Below, one piece after another: positions 52,141 through 58,581 of a stretch of DNA of 58,581 nt. The position numbers and the translations under genes are program-made. Within the stretch, counting starts at the first letter, position 1; every line of letters starts with the position of its first letter. This stretch comes from Paraphysomonas bandaiensis. Lineage: Eukaryota; Protista; Chrysophyceae. The stretch is from positions 1-58,581 of the forward strand of contig CBFFRP010000237.1 of the NCBI GenBank assembly GCA_965644295.1. The letters run 5' to 3'. The notes beneath the pieces are model-generated. The model had not been told where the DNA came from. It saw only the letters and a list, made by a program, of their open reading frames with translations, and did no database searches.

Positions 52141-52622
52141 AGATTGAAAGTCTTATTATTAGCAGTGGGTGTTAAAAACCTGCACCAACTTAGTAGCTAG
52201 ATGAATGCTAGACAAACTAGTTAGACCTCTACCTGTAACTAATCAGTACACACTTTTTTATCCTACTATTTAACGCTACGGAAGCTGCTTGTGCATCGCC
52301 GCAAGCACCAAGGTGCGACCACTTCCGCTCTGAGTTCTTAAGGTGAACACCCCGGATGCTTGACTTCAGTAGGCAGTTTAATACCCCGGATGCCCTTGAG
52401 GTGGGCCCATTCCCAGACGCCTGTTTATTCGTCAGGGCTCAAAGACGTCTACACAAGTGGCACTTATTGGTGTCCCTTGTACCACACAAGCATTCGGCTA
52501 TGCGTGGGCAGAAGAATATCTGCTGACTATGTTTGCGGCTCACGTTAGTTTCCCAGAGAGGATCTCTCCGGTACTTATTCCCAGAACACCACGAAAAGGT
52601 GCCAGTCCGACTTTGTTGAGGG
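52141..52622 (-). mobile_element. SINE-like element copy F, full length (482 bp) with TSD
   Basis: 11-bp TSD CGTCTCAACGT (52130-52140 / 52623-52633). 5' end CCCTCAAC. The last ~190 nt align with the LINE 3' UTR at 31572-31757. Confidence 0.92.
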
Positions 52623-52732
52623 CGTCTCAACGTGTTGACGCTTTTTGGACCTGTAACTAATATAAAATTTATTAAATGTCTCTAAAAACATGTTTTCTTT
52701 ACACCTATTACATTACTTATAAGTCGGTGTGA

Positions 52733-53727
52733 CCCTCAACAAAGTCGGACTCGCACCTTTTCGTGGTGAACTTCTGGGGGATAAGTACCGGAGATATTTC
52801 TCCGGGAAACTAACGTGAGCCGCATATTATATAGTCAGCAGATATATTGTTCTGCCCACTCATAGCCAAATGCTTGTGTGGTACAAGGCAGGGATAGGGA
52901 ACAATATATTGTATTGCAATATATTGTACAATATATTGCAATATATTGTAAAATATATTGATTGGTGGATTGGTCAAATATTCCATCAATAGTGTTTCTG
53001 TTAATAGAGCTCACAATACTATTGCAATATATTGCAATCAATATTATGATAGTCATATAAGAGAAGATCCTTAACTGTATGGTGCAAAATATACGCCTCT
53101 GTATACAAATATCCGGAAAATAAGAAAAAAAGCCTATTTTTTATGTTATTTTCTATTTTTTATGTATCGCCAGCTCAAACAGCACTCTACACCTCTCCAC
53201 ATGTATGTACAGTACTTCTCTTAATATAGTATATATATCCTATAGTGATAAGAAGAGACAACTGAATGATGAGTGCATACAAAAGTAGGGACATTTACCG
53301 CTGTTTTTGGAGTCCGGTCGAAGGTGTCCCGAACAAGCATATTTCAATCAATATTGAATGCAAGCATATTTCAATCAATATTGAATGAATATGGTCATGA
53401 TGATGTCACCGATGATGGCTCAGAGGATGAGTATGAGGAAACTTTTAATTAGTTAAGAGTAGTGGGTTTGATTATCAAGTGACCTTAGACCTTATAAAAT
53501 ATGGCAAGTACTAAAAATGAAAACTACGGATGTGTTTACTTACTGATTAGTCATACTAATATGATGCAATATATTGTACAATATATTGCAATATATTGCA
53601 ATAGTATTGTAGGGCCGGTTTAAAAAATCCATCAATACTATTGATGGAACGCTACCTAACAATAGTATTGCAATATATTGTTCCCTATCCCTGGTACAAG
53701 GGACACTAATAAGTGTCACTTGTGTAG
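52733..53727 (+). mobile_element. SINE-like element copy G, 3'-truncated, interrupted by the hAT MITE
   Basis: Starts CCCTCAAC at 52733. Flanked by the 12-bp direct repeat AAGTCGGTGTGA (52721-52732 / 53728-53739). Confidence 0.85.
52889..53693 (-). mobile_element. Non-autonomous hAT-type MITE, 805 bp, copy 2 (inverted relative to copy 1)
   Basis: Same TIRs. 8-bp TSD GTACAAGG (52881-52888 / 53694-53701). Appears identical to the reverse complement of 17513-18317. Confidence 0.95.
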
Positions 53728-55037
53728 AAGTCGGTGTGATCATGAAACCTGGTAGTGAACCTGGTAAAGTGATTTCACCAGGTTTCATATATGCAAAAAT
53801 GTTGTATATAAGTCGATGTGATGCCCAAACCTGGTAAAGCGGTCGAAACCTGGTGAAATTTTGAAAATGTTGATTTTAGTTGAAGTTTTGTTGCGTTTTG
53901 CAATTAATAATGTAGTAGGTGTAAGGAGAACATGTTTTTAGAGACATTTAATAAGTTTTATATTAGTTACAGGTCAAAAAAGTGAGAATACAACGGTTAC
54001 ATTATACATAGTAGTGGTACCTATACCCTAATACAACATATAGCCATCACATAACCAATAGGTCACACATATCTATTACTAAAGTATTCAGTCAGTTCAA
54101 CATATACATACTCAATTATGACGCAACCCGGTTTGATAACCAGAATCACGGCTCGCAGTACAGGTATAGCACACAAACACGCAAGTGTGAAAACAATGTA
54201 TAATTAATTATGTTTTGACTGCTCTAGGAAAAACCTAATGCTCAGTAAATGATACCCGCCAAGTATCACCACGCAAGGAACACCGCCAGTGCAACAAGAT
54301 CGTTGGCACCAAGCACTTCGGTTAAGCCTAAACAAGTGCATAACACCATAGCATACATGTTACACCCACTCCTACTCCTCAACAACATCACAACACCCTG
54401 CAACGTCATCACTACCCACAGAAACGTGTTTGTTCTATAAACTGAATACACACAGCAACCTAGGAGCAACGTATAACCGCATACTAATAGTACACTACAT
54501 CCTACGTTTTACTTTCTACCTAAATACCCATACAAAAACAGTGTACCGCCACTTTGGTGTATTTTAGCATTCAAGAACCCAAAACCCCTAATATCCAGGT
54601 TATACGTAAATACAACCCTGCATACCACGTATTGCATGTCACAATTGATTCCCCACTGAGTCTGGTATGAACACTCGTGCACCTCGAGTATATAATATTC
54701 ATTCACCCTTGATGTGATATGTACTTGCCCCCCTATAGGGTAGTATCATTGCGTGAAGTCACCATCAGCAGATCATAGTGTACATCATCATCAGTAGATA
54801 AAGTGGACATCACACCTGAACGTTGATTCAGTGTGTAGGTACATCATAGCTCATTAACCCATCTTAATGAGTATAACATAGAATATGCATCCTAGACATG
54901 GTATAGGGTCCTAATGATATAATGTTCTTGATGTAGGGTCCTGAACTAATATTATAGGGTCCTGAATGGGCAATGCATGTAGTTCTGGTACTATAGCCAC
55001 GTAGATAGGGCATAGGAAATGCCACGTGGTCACACAA

Positions 55038-57716
55038 TCAACACACGTCATACACTATCTCTCAGCGGTACAACATGAGCATACTGAGTCTTCACTCAGC
55101 TCATCGTGAGACACACGTTGTATAACAATATTTATAATGTATTCACACCGCTCAACGAGATAACACACATTGCAGCAGTATAACTGTGTACAACATATAG
55201 TCATCACAGAACCAATTCACGCCACACATACTATCTCATGATACAGTATTCACTCAGCTCAACATATACATCACTCAACCAATACACGTCATACACTACC
55301 TCTCAGCGGTACAACATGAGCATACGGAGTATTGACTCCGCTCAACGAGATAACACACGTTGTATAAGAATATTCATAATAGCTACCAGGGACACAACCA
55401 ATACAGTACTGTACATGTCACACACTATCTCATACCAGAGTATTCACTCCGCTCAACGAGATAACACACATTGCAGCAGTATAACTGTGTATAATATATA
55501 TAGTCATCACAGAACCAATTCACGCCACGCATACTATCTCATGATACAGTACTCACCCAGCTCAACATATACATCACTCAACCAATACACGTCATACACT
55601 ACCTCTCAGCGGTACAACATGAGCATACGGAGTATTGACTCCGCTCAACGAGATAACACACGTTGTATAAGAATATTCATAATAGCTACCAGGGACACAA
55701 CCAATACAGTACTGTACATGTCACACACTATCTCATACCAGAGTATTCACTCCACTCAACGAGATAACACACATTGCAGCAGTATAACTGTGTATAATAT
55801 ATATAGTCATCACAGAACCAATTCACGCCACGCATACTATCTCATGATACAGTATTCACCCAGCTCAACATATACATCACTCAACCAATACATGTCATAA
55901 TACACTACCTCTCAGCTGTACAACATGAGCATACTGAGTATTGACTCAGTTCAACGTATACATACTCAACCAATACACGTCATACACTATCTCTCAGCGG
56001 TACAACATGAGCATACGGAGTATTGACCCCGCTCATCGTGAGACACACGTTGTATAACAATATTTATAATGTCTTCACACCGCTCAACGAGATAACACAC
56101 ATTGCAGCAGTATAACTGTGTACAATATATAGTCATCACAGAACCAATTCACGCCACACATACTATCTCATGATACAGTATTCACCCAGCTCAACGTATA
56201 CATCACTCAACCAATACACGTCATACACTATCTCTCAGCTGTACAACATGAGCATACTGAGTCTTCACTCAGCTCATCGTGAGACACACGTTGTATAACA
56301 ATATTTATAATGTCTTCACACCGCTCAACGAGATAACACACATTGCAGCAGTATAACTGTGTACAACATATAGTCATCACAGAACCAATTCACGCCTCGC
56401 ATACTATCTCATGATACAGTATTCACCCAGCTCAACATTTACATCACTCAACCAATACATGTCATAATACACTACCTCTCAGCTGTACAACATGAGCATA
56501 CGGAGTATTGACTCAGTTCAACGTATACATCACTCAACCAATACACGTCATACACTATCTCTCAGCGGTACAACATGAGCATACGGAGTATTGACCCCGC
56601 TCATCGTGAGACACACGTTGTATAACAATATTTATAATGTCTTCACACCGCTCAACGAGATAACACACATTGCAGCAGTATAACTGTGTACAATATATAG
56701 TCATCACAGAACCAATTCACGCCACGCATACTATCTCATGATACAGTATTGACTCAGTTCAACATATACATCACTCAACCAATACACGTCATACACTACC
56801 TCTCAGCGGTACAACATGAGCATACTGAGTATTGACTCCGCTCAACGAGATAACACACGTTGTATAACAATATTCATAATAGCTACCAGGGACACAACCA
56901 ATACAGTACTATACATGCTCATACCAGAGTATTCACTCCACTCAACGAGATATAACACATTGCAGCAGTATAACTGTGTACAACATATAATCATCACAGA
57001 ACCAATTCAGGCCACACATACTATCTCATGATACAGTACTCACCCAGCTCAACATATACATCACTCAACCAATACATGTCATAATACACTACCTCTCAGC
57101 TGTACAACATGAGCATACTGAGTATTGACTCAGTTCAACGTATACATCACTCAACCAATACACGTCATACACTATCTCTCAGCGGTACAACATGAGCATA
57201 CGGAGTATTGACCCCGCTCATCGTGAGACACACGTTGTATAACAATATTTATAATGTCTTCACACCGCTCAACGAGATAACACACATTGCAGCAGTATAA
57301 CTGTGTACAATATATAGTCATCACAGAACCAATTCACGCCACGCATACTATCTCATGATACAGTATTCACCCAGCTCAACATATACATCACTCAACCAAT
57401 ACACGTCATACACTACCTCTCAGCTGTACAACATGAGCATACGGAGTATTGACCCCGCTCAACGAGATAACACACGTTGTATAAGAATATTCATAATAGC
57501 TACCAGGGACACAACCAATACAGTGCTGTACATGCCACACACTACCTCATACCAGAGTATTCACTCCGCTCAACGAGATAACACATATTGTAGCAGTATA
57601 ACAGTATACAACATATATATATTTCAATCATCACAGAAACAATTCACGCCACACATATACATAATATACTAGAGTATTTACTCAGTTAAACATATACATC
57701 ACTCAACCAATACACT
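55038..57716. repeat. Complex tandem satellite with variable higher-order units (~180-303 bp) built from ~60-bp related subunits
   Basis: Recurrent blocks catcactcaaccaatacacgtcatacact, ctcaacgagataacacac, tcatcacagaaccaattcacgcc. 303-bp period between 55238 and 55541. Confidence 0.95.
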
Positions 57717-57971
57717 CTATTAAAAGGCGAAGACATTCCATTAGACAGGCATTTCGAATTCTGTGGGCTGTGGTAGTCGCACATGCATCACTATTTCTAT
57801 ACAAGAAACAGCCCTCACATGCACACATAATCATGCATATGATGCAGCAACAAACTGACGAGAAGGTGTTGAGCATAGCAAGCGGGGCTTTCATGATGCC
57901 GACAGTAACCTACAAACCTTATTAAAATGATTATAGTATGCTATCATCATGATGTAATAGAAGTATATAAT

Positions 57972-58581
57972 ATGGCATACATATACAAACTATGAAGGTC
58001 TACACAACTGCACAAGTGTACGACATAGTGAATCGCCACTCACTATGGGTACCGAATGTGCCAGGACCAAACACAGCTTTTATATACGAGAGTACAATGG
58101 ATAGGCATATCAATGTCTACACAACTGCACAAGTGTGACACCACAGTGAATCGCCACCCACTGTAGGCACCGAATGTGCCAGGACAAAGAAAGCTTCTCC
58201 ATAACAGATACGTAGCACGACATGCAACAATGTATGGCATACATATACAAACTATGAAGGTCTACACAACTGCACAAGTGTACGACATAGTGAATCGCCA
58301 CTCACTATGGGTACCGAATGTGCCAGGACCAAACACAGCTTTTATATACGGGTACAATGGATAGGCATATCAATGTCTACACAACTGCACAAGTGTGACA
58401 CCACAGTGAATCGCCACCCACTGTAGGCACCGAATGTGCCAGGACAAAGAAAGCTTCTCCATAACAGATACGTAGCACGACATGCAACAATATATGGCAT
58501 ACATATACAAACTATGAAGGTCTACACAACTGCACAAGTGTACGACATAGTGAATCGCCACTCACTATGGGTACCGAATGT
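57972..58581. repeat. Second tandem satellite, ~260-bp dimeric unit, runs off the window
   Basis: atggcatacatatacaaactatgaagg at 57972, 58234 and 58494. Each unit has two related halves sharing ctacacaactgcacaagtgt..agtgaatcgccac..accgaatgtgccaggac. Confidence 0.95.

Larger units (their letters stand above)
52641..53982. mobile_element. Long-TIR (foldback/Mutator-like) non-autonomous element hosting nested insertions
   Basis: ~75-bp inverted repeats at 52641-52715 and 53908-53982 (gacctgtaactaatataaaa..ttattaaatgtctctaaaaacatgtt). Internal AACCTGGT subrepeats. Confidence 0.7.

Noticed and set aside
52141-52622. Hammerhead ribozyme / retrozyme interpretation of the SINE-like family
   Set aside because: No conserved CUGANGA...GAAA core in the proper stem context was seen across copies.
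55238-57672. Repetitive ORFs (MIQYS...) and a possible CRISPR-like array
   Set aside because: Units are tandem satellite copies with no unique spacers, no cas genes are present, the context is eukaryotic, and frames break between units.

Overview
Eukaryotic nuclear DNA, AT-rich, with short GT-AG introns (43-149 nt in the genes I reconstructed). A CEP83-like gene suggests a flagellated protist, and the Crinkler-like and hAT relics suggest a stramenopile (inference). A few intact genes, mostly in head-to-head pairs, sit among transposon debris: a coiled-coil membrane protein with a small mitochondrial-type protein; bacterial-type aspartate-ammonia ligase (AsnA, 5 exons) with an ankyrin-containing L-asparaginase; a multi-exon unknown gene; a LigB/DODA dioxygenase pseudogene with CEP83; a small membrane protein with a class 3 lipase; and UTP6. 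Mobile DNA includes a 5'-truncated but open-frame LINE (RT, RNase H, CCHC), about 7 copies of a structured SINE-like element sharing its 3' tail, two apparently identical 805-bp hAT MITEs, and relics of hAT, piggyBac-like, IS3EU-like and Copia elements. There is also a ~790-bp (CATA)n tract and two complex satellites at the right end. Best candidates for new biology: (1) the divergent asparagine synthesis/hydrolysis gene pair; (2) a LINE-dependent short retroelement whose sharply defined 5' end has the element order of an HDV-like ribozyme. All family assignments come from motif recognition by eye; no searches were run.
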